A DNA stretch of 64,000 nucleotides from an uncultured Clostridia bacterium. GTDB taxonomy: Bacteria; Bacillota; Clostridia; Christensenellales; Borkfalkiaceae. The notes beneath the pieces were generated by a model. It was given only the letters and a program-made list of their open reading frames with translations, made no database searches and was not told where the DNA came from. Location of the stretch: NCBI GenBank assembly GCA_937920115.1, contig CALGVF010000082.1, positions 9,733 through 73,732 of the forward strand, in the 5' to 3' direction. This document shows positions 17,308 through 25,687 of this stretch, one piece after another (positions within the stretch are counted from its first letter, which is position 1; each line of letters starts with the position of its first letter). Made by a program: the position numbers and the translations under genes.

Positions 17308-17651
17308 AAAAAGAAGCCAAAGAAACGCCAGATTGGGGAATAATTCTCACTATTTGTATATCTGCAGTATTACTTGTCATACTCGTAACTTTTTGGGTTA
17401 GGAAATCAATAGAGAACTATAACGAATGTATTGATAACAGTCCGTCGAAGAATTGGTTTGAGGAAGATTTGGAAACAACATTTCTTTCAACTGCCGTATA
17501 TGTATTGGATGTTAATGATGAAATTAAGGGCGAAATAATTGTTACAATCAAAGTCGAAATACAAGACAAAGAGCAATATTATCGGTGCTTATATAAACTA
17601 AAAAGTTACGACACATTTAATTGGCACTGGGAATTAGTGAGGTATGTATGA
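17304..17651 (+). CDS. Small membrane-anchored protein
   Basis: 115 aa with an N-terminal TM helix (WGIILTICISAVLLVILVTFWV). Confidence 0.5.
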   Translation: MKKEAKETPDWGIILTICISAVLLVILVTFWVRKSIENYNECIDNSPSKNWFEEDLETTFLSTAVYVLDVNDEIKGEIIVTIKVEIQDKEQYYRCLYKLKSYDTFNWHWELVRYV

Positions 17652-18238
17652 ATAGAGAAATAAAAAGAATTGCAAAAATAATGTGTGAGGGATACGGCGA
17701 ATCCTGCAAATATTGTCTAAAAGACCCTTGTAATATTGAATATATTGCCGAAAAATTATATAATGCAAATTATAGAAAAACAAATTCTAATTATCGCGAA
17801 AAGATAACAAAGCAAGCAATAAAAAAGTTTGTTGCTGAATTAAAACAAAAAACTGTAATGGTTGATATTCCTTGTGGAGATAAGTATATTAAAGCAAATA
17901 TTTCAGCCGTTCTATGGGAACAAATCAATGCCATCGCAAAAACTCTTTACAATGCAGGATATCGCAAGGTTGACCTTGACAACGAAGCGGCAAAAGAAAT
18001 TGCACTGCTGAAATCCGAACTAAAAAAGGAACTCGATGAACACGAGGCGTTTGTTAATAACATGAAAAACGTTCTTGAAATCGAAAAGAAAAATGCGGTT
18101 AGAGGGTTTGTGGAACAATTTAAAGAAAAAGCCCGCAAAGGTGCGTCTTACGATCCCGTAACATATAAATTTATCGAACGTGATTATACAGCAACGGAAA
18201 GCGAATTGACAAAAATATTGGTGGAATTTTTAAAATGA
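17648..18238 (+). CDS. Hypothetical protein with duplicated LYNA(N/G)YRK motif
   Basis: 196 aa from the ATG at 17648 (ATGA overlap). Motifs AEKLYNANYRK and AKTLYNAGYRK. Confidence 0.5.
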   Translation: MNREIKRIAKIMCEGYGESCKYCLKDPCNIEYIAEKLYNANYRKTNSNYREKITKQAIKKFVAELKQKTVMVDIPCGDKYIKANISAVLWEQINAIAKTLYNAGYRKVDLDNEAAKEIALLKSELKKELDEHEAFVNNMKNVLEIEKKNAVRGFVEQFKEKARKGASYDPVTYKFIERDYTATESELTKILVEFLK

Positions 18239-18495
18239 AAAAGATACATATTTATTACTTAAACAAAATTAAAGAAACGCTTGCAAAGGAATTTGCCGAG
18301 CAGGATTCGGAAGAACCCGACAAAAGAAAAATTTATATCTACGAAAGAACTCTTCGGCATTGGATTGATAAAGCACAATTATCTGACGACGAGTGGCTCG
18401 ATTTATACACGCTCATAGATTGGCAAAACGGCGATTGTGTTTCTGTCTTAAAAGCAAACGGTTGGGAAATTTTGGTAGGCGAGGTGAAAAAATGA
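18235..18495 (+). CDS. Hypothetical protein
   Basis: 86-aa ORF with an overlapping start. Confidence 0.5.
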   Translation: MKKIHIYYLNKIKETLAKEFAEQDSEEPDKRKIYIYERTLRHWIDKAQLSDDEWLDLYTLIDWQNGDCVSVLKANGWEILVGEVKK

Positions 18496-18629
18496 CCGAC
18501 ACGCAAGCATTGTTACTCATCATATTTATCGTTGCGTCTTTTGAGTCTGCGTTATTTTCAATAATCGTGGCAAGACTTGAAAAGCGTATCGAAAAATTAG
18601 AAAAGAAACTTGAGGAGAAAGAAAAATGA
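18492..18629 (+). CDS. Small TM protein (45 aa)
   Basis: ATGA overlap with the upstream gene. TM helix ALLLIIFIVASFESALFSIIV followed by a charged coiled tail. Confidence 0.4.
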   Translation: MTDTQALLLIIFIVASFESALFSIIVARLEKRIEKLEKKLEEKEK

Positions 18630-18928
18630 TAATTGACTATCCCGGGCAGGAACTTATTTGGAATTTAACCGAGACGCACCCATATAAACAGAATCGCGGA
18701 AATTATAAAATAATGATTCGTTGCCAAACGCCGTTGCAAAATAAAAAGTGGTATTCTTTTTTTAAAAAACATCTCGGCGGGAAATTAAAAATTCAAATGA
18801 CACGATATATAGACAAAAATACAGGGCTTGAACGTTTTCTTTGTGAGAAAATTTCAATTCCCAACGCTCTTGGCGGTGAGGGCGAAGTCGAATTTATCAA
18901 CGAATTTGCAAGAGGTGTAAAAGAATGA
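18626..18928 (+). CDS. Hypothetical protein
   Basis: 100-aa ORF with RBS gaggag. Confidence 0.5.
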   Translation: MIIDYPGQELIWNLTETHPYKQNRGNYKIMIRCQTPLQNKKWYSFFKKHLGGKLKIQMTRYIDKNTGLERFLCEKISIPNALGGEGEVEFINEFARGVKE

Positions 18929-19236
18929 TTGAAGAAAATATCAAACTTTGTGATTTTGTAGAGCGATTTGTCGGACACAATTCCACAGTATATCTCTATA
19001 AAGAACATTATGAAATAGAGAATAAAAGCCGCGTTAGGCATGACGAACTGCTTTGGCGGGGAATGGATTGGCAGATTTCCTTCGCTTATAACGATTCGGA
19101 TTACTTCAAAGTACATCCCGAAGTTCAGCCCTGTCCGTATCGGAACGCAATTGTTGAGAAAATAGTAACACCACACAGCATTGTTCACGCAATCAGTGAC
19201 GTGGGAATTGTTATACGGGAATCAGAAGAAAATTAA
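18925..19236 (+). CDS. Hypothetical protein
   Basis: 103-aa ORF with RBS agaggtg. Confidence 0.5.
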   Translation: MIEENIKLCDFVERFVGHNSTVYLYKEHYEIENKSRVRHDELLWRGMDWQISFAYNDSDYFKVHPEVQPCPYRNAIVEKIVTPHSIVHAISDVGIVIRESEEN

Positions 19237-19244
19237 AAATTTTT

Positions 19245-19284
19245 AAAATAGTCTTGTTATTTAGTTGACAAGGCTATTTTTATA
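19245..19284 (+). terminator. Palindrome/terminator overlapping the next -35
   Basis: AAAATAGTCTTGT (19245-57) / ACAAGGCTATTTT (19268-80) with one G-U pair, then a T-run. Confidence 0.45.
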
Positions 19285-19293
19285 TGCTATAAT
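19265..19293 (+). promoter_or_regulatory. Consensus promoter
   Basis: TTGACA (19265-70), 17-nt spacer, TATAAT (19288-93). Confidence 0.65.
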
Positions 19294-19322
19294 TAAGCCA
19301 TAAAACGCAGGAGGAATGCGAA

Positions 19323-19796
19323 ATGAAAGATTATTTTACTACAAGGGACAGAGCAAGACATTTCTTTGTCGTCGGAATTACTCAAATTATAAAAGATTTG
19401 GCAAACTCGGACGCTCTTAGCCCGTTTGAAGCCAAAAACTTAAAGACCGCGGCAACTTGCTTGGACAAGGCAAACGATTCGATTTTCGACCGTTTAGGAA
19501 CGGCATATCGCAAGAAAGTTCTCGCAATGAACCGCGATAATAAAATCGATTTGGTAAGTCGGTACGGTTCGGGCGGGGTTACGATATCGAACGTTGCAAG
19601 CGAGGACATTGAGCCTACACTCGAGGATTTGCGGTTGTGGAAATGTACGAGTTGCGAAACGCCGGAGAAATTTAAGGACTGCGCCGTATATAATATGTGC
19701 GTTGCGTGCGATTGCAGGGTCAACGATTACAAAAGCGAAACTTGTCCGTTTAAAGCAAACTACAAAGATAACTTAGATATCGACGAGGATTTTTGA
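19323..19796 (+). CDS. Cys-rich protein, function unknown
   Basis: 157 aa with RBS aggagg. C-terminal cluster CTSCE...C..YNMCVACDC...C. Confidence 0.5.
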   Translation: MKDYFTTRDRARHFFVVGITQIIKDLANSDALSPFEAKNLKTAATCLDKANDSIFDRLGTAYRKKVLAMNRDNKIDLVSRYGSGGVTISNVASEDIEPTLEDLRLWKCTSCETPEKFKDCAVYNMCVACDCRVNDYKSETCPFKANYKDNLDIDEDF

Positions 19797-19797
19797 A

Positions 19798-20034
19798 ATG
19801 GTTCGGAAGAAGATAAGTATTTTTGAGCCGATAAAAGGCAAAACATCAGTCGATAGTAAAATTAGGCATATGCGGAAAGACGCGACAATGCGAGTGCAAT
19901 GCGAGATAAGATTATGTTGTAACTGCACCGAAGGATATTGTAGCGGAAAGCCTTGCGATAAATTAAAAGAAGCATATAAACAAGTAAAGGAAGAATGGAA
20001 CAATAAAAAAAAGGAAAGAAGGAAGCAGAAATGA
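19798..20034 (+). CDS. Small Cys-rich basic protein
   Basis: 78-aa ORF with motif CCNCTEGYCSGKPC. Confidence 0.45.
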   Translation: MVRKKISIFEPIKGKTSVDSKIRHMRKDATMRVQCEIRLCCNCTEGYCSGKPCDKLKEAYKQVKEEWNNKKKERRKQK

Positions 20035-20483
20035 AAGTTCTATATCAATGTTTTGAAACAAGTTATCTTAATGACATCGAATGTAGATACCACGGTTGGC
20101 TACTCGATAATCCGCAAATACGTTACGGCGAACTTCCCGCAAGTCAGACGATAACATACACCACAGAAGATAAATCATTACTGCATTTATTGGAAGCGGG
20201 GTACTTTGAGGGAATTTGGATTACCGAGCCGATTTTCAAAGGCAAAAGGGAAATGGATAAGTTGACCGATTGGGAACTTAGATATGTGCCGAGAAGTTCA
20301 GAATACGGCAAGCGAATGAAATGGACTGATTTTAACTCGGTTACAAAGGTCTACGATTATCGCGAAATAAAGCATCCCGAGAAGTTTACTCTTGCGCGAC
20401 TTATGCGGGAACTTCAGGCAAACGAATTTATAGAATTTTGTAAGGATAGGGGATTGGGAGTAATTCCTGTGGAGATAAAATAA
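20031..20483 (+). CDS. Hypothetical protein
   Basis: 150-aa ORF with RBS aaggaag. Its stop overlaps the next ATG (TAATG). Confidence 0.5.
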   Translation: MKVLYQCFETSYLNDIECRYHGWLLDNPQIRYGELPASQTITYTTEDKSLLHLLEAGYFEGIWITEPIFKGKREMDKLTDWELRYVPRSSEYGKRMKWTDFNSVTKVYDYREIKHPEKFTLARLMRELQANEFIEFCKDRGLGVIPVEIK

Positions 20484-21610
20484 TGGCAATAAAATTACTT
20501 ATCGGCGGAAGTCCATGTACGTTTTGGAGCATAGCCCAAAAAAATAATCGTGAAACAACTGCAGAGGGTTTAGGTTGGGAATTGTTTAAAAATTATTTAA
20601 TTGCAAAAGAAAAATTTAAACCCGATTTTTTCCTTTACGAAAATAACAAATCTGCGGCACAAGCAATTAAAGACCAAATAAAGAAAGAATTAAAAGTTTG
20701 GGACGGTTCTTTGCTTATGGAAGATACAGGAGCAAGATATATTGAAATAAATTCTGCTCTTGTTTCGGCACAAAATCGCCAACGGTTTTATGTTCATAAT
20801 TGCGGCGAAGTTGAACAGCCCGAAGATAGAGGGATATTATTAAAAGATATTCTTGAATCGGGTGAAAGCCTATCAAGCAATAAAAAGAGTTACTGTTTAA
20901 CTGCCTCATATAATGGAGCGTGTGCATGGAACACGTTAGAACGCTGTCAGAGGGAAATGATTACCGAACCTATAAATGTTTGTAAGGGCGAAAAATCTCA
21001 TACAATTAAGGCTCAATACTTTAAGAATGGAATTGCAAATTTTGTTACGAATGGAGGACACGCGGCAATGGCTGTCGCTGAGCCGATTCGAGTCGGTGCG
21101 TTACCTCGTCCAAACGGTGAACTTTCGACAAGTCAGGCAATGCGCATATATAGCATTAACGGGAAATCCGTAACACAATCTGCTGGCGGTGGTGGAATGG
21201 GCGGTAAAACAGGACTATACGCCGTTCTCTCTACAAAAGACAAAAACGTCTATGAAGTGAAAGACGGCTTTATAACAATTAAAAGCAAGCAATACCCGAT
21301 AAAATTACCCGACGGTTTTTATATTATCCGAAAATTAACTATAACGGAATGTGAAAGGTTGCAAACGCTTTCCGATGGATATACGCAAAAAGATCCGACA
21401 GTAAAGAAAGCGATAAATAATTTTCACGAATTAACAAAGAGTATTTTATTAGACGCAGATTATTACGGAGCGTTTATTGATGAAGCAAAAGATACCGATA
21501 AAGAATCATTTGATATTATACTCGATAAATATCCGAATATTGAAAAAGATAAATTAAATACGATTTATTCTTTACGTGTTGCATATATCCTTATATATCC
21601 TAAAAAATAG
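20483..21610 (+). CDS. DNA cytosine-5 methyltransferase-like protein lacking motifs I-III and X
   Basis: Starts directly at motif IV (LLIGGSPCTFWS). Motif VI is FLYENNK, motif VIII QNRQR, motif IX TITECERLQTLSDGY, with a TRD-like SAGGGGMGGKTG. No FxGxG or GN..VP motif is present. Confidence 0.7.
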   Translation: MAIKLLIGGSPCTFWSIAQKNNRETTAEGLGWELFKNYLIAKEKFKPDFFLYENNKSAAQAIKDQIKKELKVWDGSLLMEDTGARYIEINSALVSAQNRQRFYVHNCGEVEQPEDRGILLKDILESGESLSSNKKSYCLTASYNGACAWNTLERCQREMITEPINVCKGEKSHTIKAQYFKNGIANFVTNGGHAAMAVAEPIRVGALPRPNGELSTSQAMRIYSINGKSVTQSAGGGGMGGKTGLYAVLSTKDKNVYEVKDGFITIKSKQYPIKLPDGFYIIRKLTITECERLQTLSDGYTQKDPTVKKAINNFHELTKSILLDADYYGAFIDEAKDTDKESFDIILDKYPNIEKDKLNTIYSLRVAYILIYPKK

Positions 21611-21637
21611 AAGAAAATAATAATCAAGGAGAAAACG

Positions 21638-22021
21638 ATGGAAATTAAAAAGATTTTAATAGCAATTTTATCCGTTTGTGTTTTAATCTGCGCAAGCGGC
21701 TGTTCAGAAGCCGAAAGGGTTAATCACAACATATCAAGGCAAGCGGAATATTTCGAGTGCGAACGGCGCGTTACGGTTTACAACGCCCGAACCGACAAGG
21801 TAATAATGCTTATAGAGGGCTATATAAATATCGAAACTGATACAGAAAACAAAGAGTTAGTCGTAACGGCAAAAGTCGGTCCAAGTAAATACAAAAAGAA
21901 TTATGTGTACCTCACCGATTATACGCTTTACGTGGTTGACGATATCAGCGGAACGCATACGGATCCATGGCATTACAAAATTTACTTTGATTTTAAATTA
22001 CCGGATATAGAGGTGAAATAA
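21638..22021 (+). CDS. Lipoprotein
   Basis: Signal peptide plus lipobox (ILSVCVLICASGC). RBS aaggag. Confidence 0.6.
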   Translation: MEIKKILIAILSVCVLICASGCSEAERVNHNISRQAEYFECERRVTVYNARTDKVIMLIEGYINIETDTENKELVVTAKVGPSKYKKNYVYLTDYTLYVVDDISGTHTDPWHYKIYFDFKLPDIEVK

Positions 22022-22185
22022 TGGGCGGAAAGTATGAAATACGCGGTTGGAATAACGATGAAGTCGGATTAAAATTTTGCGAATTTACGAACAGTTGGTT
22101 CAAAATGAAAAAATTGCTTTGGCGAGCCAAAAAGGAATGCCATAGTGTATTTTTAATCGTAAGGAAAAAGGTAAAAGGATTTTAG
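22021..22185 (+). CDS. Small basic protein (54 aa), tentative
   Basis: ATG overlaps the upstream TAA. Below the track cutoff. Confidence 0.35.
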   Translation: MGGKYEIRGWNNDEVGLKFCEFTNSWFKMKKLLWRAKKECHSVFLIVRKKVKGF

Positions 22186-22200
22186 AAAGGTGATAAAGTT

Positions 22201-22389
22201 ATGACAAATCGTGAATGGGTAAATAGCCTGTCAAATGAAGATTTCGTAACATGGCTCGTAGGACCGATCGAGTGGGATAGCGAAACGGAAGAATATAAAG
22301 AGCCGCATCCGAGGTTGGAGTATTTGAAACGTGCAAACACGAATTTTTTCAGTTCGTTTCAAGAATGGCTGAAAAAGGAAAGAAAGTAA
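22201..22389 (+). CDS. Hypothetical protein
   Basis: 62-aa ORF with RBS aaaggtga. Confidence 0.45.
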   Translation: MTNREWVNSLSNEDFVTWLVGPIEWDSETEEYKEPHPRLEYLKRANTNFFSSFQEWLKKERK

Positions 22390-22433
22390 ATAAAAGTCGA
22401 ATTTAACAATAGAAAGGAATTGGAATAAATATT

Positions 22434-23033
22434 ATGAAAGTAGACATTTTTAATACAGATAAAAAGTACGATATTATATACGCAGATCCGCCTTGGGCTT
22501 ATAACGATAAGAACTGCTCGGGCGCGGCGGCGGCTCAATACGAAACAATGAGTTTAGCCGACATCCAAGCCCTGCCTATAAACAAACTCGCAAGCGATAA
22601 TGCAGTTTTATTTATGTGGGCAACATACCCTAAAATGGACGAGGCATTACAGGTTATAAAGGCTTGGGGATTTAAGTTTAAGTCTATTGCGTTTCAATGG
22701 ATAAAACTTAATAAATCGGCAGATATAAACTCAATGCGTAAAGCAGTCAACGAAAGCAATTCTATAGACGAAGTAATGAAGAAATGTTGTTTCTTTGGAC
22801 TCGGACGCTGGACGCGAGGCAATTCTGAGCCTTGTTTTATCGCTGTAAAGGGCAAACCGTCACGCATTTCTCCGAGTGTCGGACAACTCGTCTTTGAGCC
22901 TTTAACAAGACATTCTGCAAAACCTGCCGTTGTAAGAGATAAAATTACTACACTTATAGGCGATAAACCTCGCATTGAACTCTTTGCTCGTCAGTACGCC
23001 GACGGTTGGGATTGTTGGGGGAATGAGGTATGA
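22434..23033 (+). CDS. MT-A70 family N6-adenine DNA methyltransferase
   Basis: Catalytic motif DIIYADPPWAY (DPPW). Size and order are typical of phage MT-A70 enzymes. Confidence 0.8.
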   Translation: MKVDIFNTDKKYDIIYADPPWAYNDKNCSGAAAAQYETMSLADIQALPINKLASDNAVLFMWATYPKMDEALQVIKAWGFKFKSIAFQWIKLNKSADINSMRKAVNESNSIDEVMKKCCFFGLGRWTRGNSEPCFIAVKGKPSRISPSVGQLVFEPLTRHSAKPAVVRDKITTLIGDKPRIELFARQYADGWDCWGNEV

Positions 23034-23404
23034 ATTACGAAGGTTTAATTTTGGCGTGTAACGCAAACGATTTTAACAACAAACTAACCGATTTGGTCGC
23101 AAGTAAACTCGGAAATCTCGCTCTGAATTGGAATACACATATTATGGCGATTCAGTTCAAAGACGCAGACGAATATGCTATAGCTCCGCTAATCGATGCA
23201 TATCGTAGAAGCGACGGGCAATATGTCAGAGAGGGCGAATTCTTAACTCGTCAAGAAGTCCACGACAAAGTGCAGCCATTCTGCAAAAGAATATGTATTT
23301 CAATCGCTTCGAAAGATTTTGGCGATAATCAAAAGCATCCTCTCGAAGATTTTCATAAGAAATACGGTTATATCCATTTTACTCAAATAAATACAATTAA
23401 ATAG
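23030..23404 (+). CDS. Hypothetical protein
   Basis: 124-aa ORF with an overlapping start. Confidence 0.5.
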   Translation: MNYEGLILACNANDFNNKLTDLVASKLGNLALNWNTHIMAIQFKDADEYAIAPLIDAYRRSDGQYVREGEFLTRQEVHDKVQPFCKRICISIASKDFGDNQKHPLEDFHKKYGYIHFTQINTIK

Positions 23405-23414
23405 CATAAATTAA

Positions 23415-23443
23415 TTGACAACGCCATATAATAAGCGTATAAT
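23415..23443 (+). promoter_or_regulatory. Consensus promoter
   Basis: TTGACA (23415-20), 17-nt spacer, TATAAT (23438-43). Confidence 0.65.
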
Positions 23444-23462
23444 ATAATCAAAGGAGATAGCA

Positions 23463-23732
23463 ATGTCAAAATTAAGAAAGGTTCAGAAAAATCCGTTGGT
23501 AAATGCAATCATTCATTTTGAAAGTATTGATGGTAATATTAAATGCAAGTTTGCCGGAAGTAAATTGTCCGTTCTCGCGGGCGTCGAAACAATAATGTGC
23601 GATTTCGCAAAGAAAACACAAACACCGCTGTTAAAGGTTTTGGAAATCGTGAGTTCGGCAATTAACTACGAAGCAGAGCAAGAAAAAAGAAAGGAGGAGG
23701 CAAAGGCTCCGTTCGGGGCTAAATTTGAGTGA
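23463..23732 (+). CDS. Hypothetical protein
   Basis: 89-aa ORF with RBS aaaggag. Ends in a TGA that is in frame with the next ORF. Confidence 0.55.
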   Translation: MSKLRKVQKNPLVNAIIHFESIDGNIKCKFAGSKLSVLAGVETIMCDFAKKTQTPLLKVLEIVSSAINYEAEQEKRKEEAKAPFGAKFE

Positions 23733-23819
23733 TATGATAAAAATCATAAAAACGGCGTAAAAAATTTTCACATAACCTGCCCGTATTGCGGTTGCGAATT
23801 TATCTACGAAAACGAGGAT

Positions 23820-24119
23820 GTGTGCAACTCCGAAATAATTTGCCCTTGCTGTATAACAAACCTGCCTCATAAAGGTGTAAGTCAGTCGCAAAACAAATTC
23901 CCCGACATTGACAAGTATGTGCTTTTAAAGAAAACTTCAGACGGAGCAGAAATTCGTCAAAGAGTATTTTCTCCGGATGAAAATCCTTGCGACAGTTGCC
24001 CGAATAATCCGAAACAGCTTAAAACACCTTATGTCGGCGATAGCCCTTGTCAGTGGTGTCAGAAAAATCCTAATAAGGTAACTTGCACAAGCAATGCAAG
24101 TAAGGGTGAAATAAAATGA
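23820..24119 (+). CDS. Zinc-ribbon / Cys-rich protein; true start unresolved (reading frame open from 23733)
   Basis: The track start is a GTG that splits a CPYC-x17-CPCC ribbon. The first half of the ribbon lies upstream (23778-23819) with no in-frame ATG/GTG/TTG. Confidence 0.45.
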   Translation: MCNSEIICPCCITNLPHKGVSQSQNKFPDIDKYVLLKKTSDGAEIRQRVFSPDENPCDSCPNNPKQLKTPYVGDSPCQWCQKNPNKVTCTSNASKGEIK

Positions 24120-24352
24120 TTAAAATGGAATATTTTTGTGCTTGTCCTATTTGCAATAAAAGAATTGTCGGAAAGGCTCAATATAAAAACCACATTGATG
24201 TTGAGGTCGGTGAAATTGTTGATAAATTAAACAAGATAATGCCCGATTTGAAAGAATTTAATATGAGTATTAACGTACAAAAGGTACCTGTTTCGGGGCT
24301 TAATTATCTCAGTTTAAGTGCCTCAAAGGAGAAAGATAACAATGAAAATTAA
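24116..24352 (+). CDS. Small zinc-ribbon-like protein
   Basis: 78-aa ORF with CACPICNKR at the N-terminus. RBS agggtga. Confidence 0.5.
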   Translation: MIKMEYFCACPICNKRIVGKAQYKNHIDVEVGEIVDKLNKIMPDLKEFNMSINVQKVPVSGLNYLSLSASKEKDNNEN

Positions 24353-24518
24353 TCAGGAAATTCACATAACAACCGACGGCAAGACTACTTATGCCGTTTT
24401 AAAACAGAATGGAAAAGTTTTAAACCGTTCCGAAGCAAAATGTCATCCCGACGACAAGTTCGATTTTGAAACGGGCGCGAAGATCGCTCTTGATAGGCTC
24501 GAAATGAAAAGGACATAA
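24342..24518 (+). CDS. Small phage domain protein (AKCxPxDxFDFxxGAxIAxxRL motif)
   Basis: 58 aa from the ATG at 24342 (RBS aaaggag). May be the N-terminal part of the next ORF. Confidence 0.5.
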   Translation: MKINQEIHITTDGKTTYAVLKQNGKVLNRSEAKCHPDDKFDFETGAKIALDRLEMKRT

Positions 24519-24628
24519 AACAACCTAAAAATCCTTTTAAACTCGGAGATATCGTCGAATGTATCTTTGATTATAAAAGATTCGGAGTATTTCCGCCCAA
24601 AGGAACGCTCGGACAAGTAATAGATATT

Positions 24629-25255
24629 TTGGGGCAAGGCGTATTGGTACGTTGGGCAAAAGGTTCTACTTGTGGTGACGGAGAATGGTGGATTTCTGCT
24701 GCTGATATAAGAAATATCTATCAACACGCAGATTCATTTAAAGTTGGTGATATCGTTGAATATATTTCTGACGAGATCAGCCCATTCGATACAAAATTTT
24801 TCCCGCCCAAAGGTACGCGCGGAGAAATAGTGGAACTTGACGATCATAAATCCGACGCCGTAGATTACTGTGTTCGTGTTCGTTGGGAGAAGGGAACAAC
24901 TGGCGGAAATGGAAAATGGTGGTGCAGAGTAAAAAAACTAAAGAAAGTCGAATTTTCTAAATATTCTTTCAAAGTCGGCGACCGCGTAAGGTTTCGTTCT
25001 TGGGACGATCTCAAACGTGAGTTTGGTGTAGACCCTTGTTGCCCTGCCGATATTTGCATTAAAAAGGACAGTATGTATTTTACTTGCTTTATGTCGCCGC
25101 TTTGCGGCACTTACGCAACTATAAAAAGAATATACAGTTCTGAATGTGGGTTTACAAGAGTGGAATTAACAAATTTCTCTTCCCCTATGAAAGCACATAA
25201 ATATATGATTTTCACCACAGATATGCTCGAGCCTGCGTCGATTAAAAAGAGGTAA
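24629..25255 (+). CDS. Protein with three SH3/MIB-HERC2-like repeats; true start unresolved (frame open from 24497)
   Basis: Repeats FK(L/V)GD.V...PPKGT.G.V......V.VRW.KG...G.G.WW. The first repeat begins at ~24536, upstream of the TTG track start, with no start codon. Confidence 0.5.
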   Translation: MGQGVLVRWAKGSTCGDGEWWISAADIRNIYQHADSFKVGDIVEYISDEISPFDTKFFPPKGTRGEIVELDDHKSDAVDYCVRVRWEKGTTGGNGKWWCRVKKLKKVEFSKYSFKVGDRVRFRSWDDLKREFGVDPCCPADICIKKDSMYFTCFMSPLCGTYATIKRIYSSECGFTRVELTNFSSPMKAHKYMIFTTDMLEPASIKKR

Positions 25256-25262
25256 TGTCGTA

Positions 25263-25676
25263 ATGAATAAACTTCCTAAATGGCTTATGTTTGCTCTATC
25301 TTTGCTTTTGGTTCTCGAGGTCGTCGCTCTCGGCTTTAATATCTCGTCTTGTATGCCCGAGAGTTGCGGCTCTTCCGAAGGTCGTAAAACAAAAGACGAG
25401 TGGATCGCCGAAATCGCAAATGCTGAAATCGAAAAGAATATCTATTTCGGATTTGCCAAGACCACTTGTTCGATTGCTTCAAATATCGTTCAAAAGACCG
25501 ACGAAACGTATGCTTTCATTCAGATTCGTAGTATTAACGAGTCTGACACAATCGCGCTCTGTTGCGTGTATCTCAAGGTTGTCGTTTCCGAGAACCTGTC
25601 CGATTCCAAAAAAATCAAACAGTCGCAAATCTTAATTCAGCCTATCGACACCAAAATAAAAGTATTTTACAACTAA
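25263..25676 (+). CDS. Secreted/lipoprotein-like protein
   Basis: Signal anchor LMFALSLLLVLEVVALGFNISSC with a lipobox-like ISSC. Confidence 0.5.
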   Translation: MNKLPKWLMFALSLLLVLEVVALGFNISSCMPESCGSSEGRKTKDEWIAEIANAEIEKNIYFGFAKTTCSIASNIVQKTDETYAFIQIRSINESDTIALCCVYLKVVVSENLSDSKKIKQSQILIQPIDTKIKVFYN

Positions 25677-25687
25677 AGGTTTTCCTA

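Noticed and set aside
23730-23732. Genome-wide stop-codon reassignment (TGA or TAG recoding), suggested by the in-frame TGA
   Set aside because: ORFs of 830, 1445 and 1602 aa are intact under the standard code. Many genes end in TGA followed closely by further stops. The frame upstream of 24497 contains tandem TGA-TAG. This points to a local event or a sequencing error, not an alternative code.
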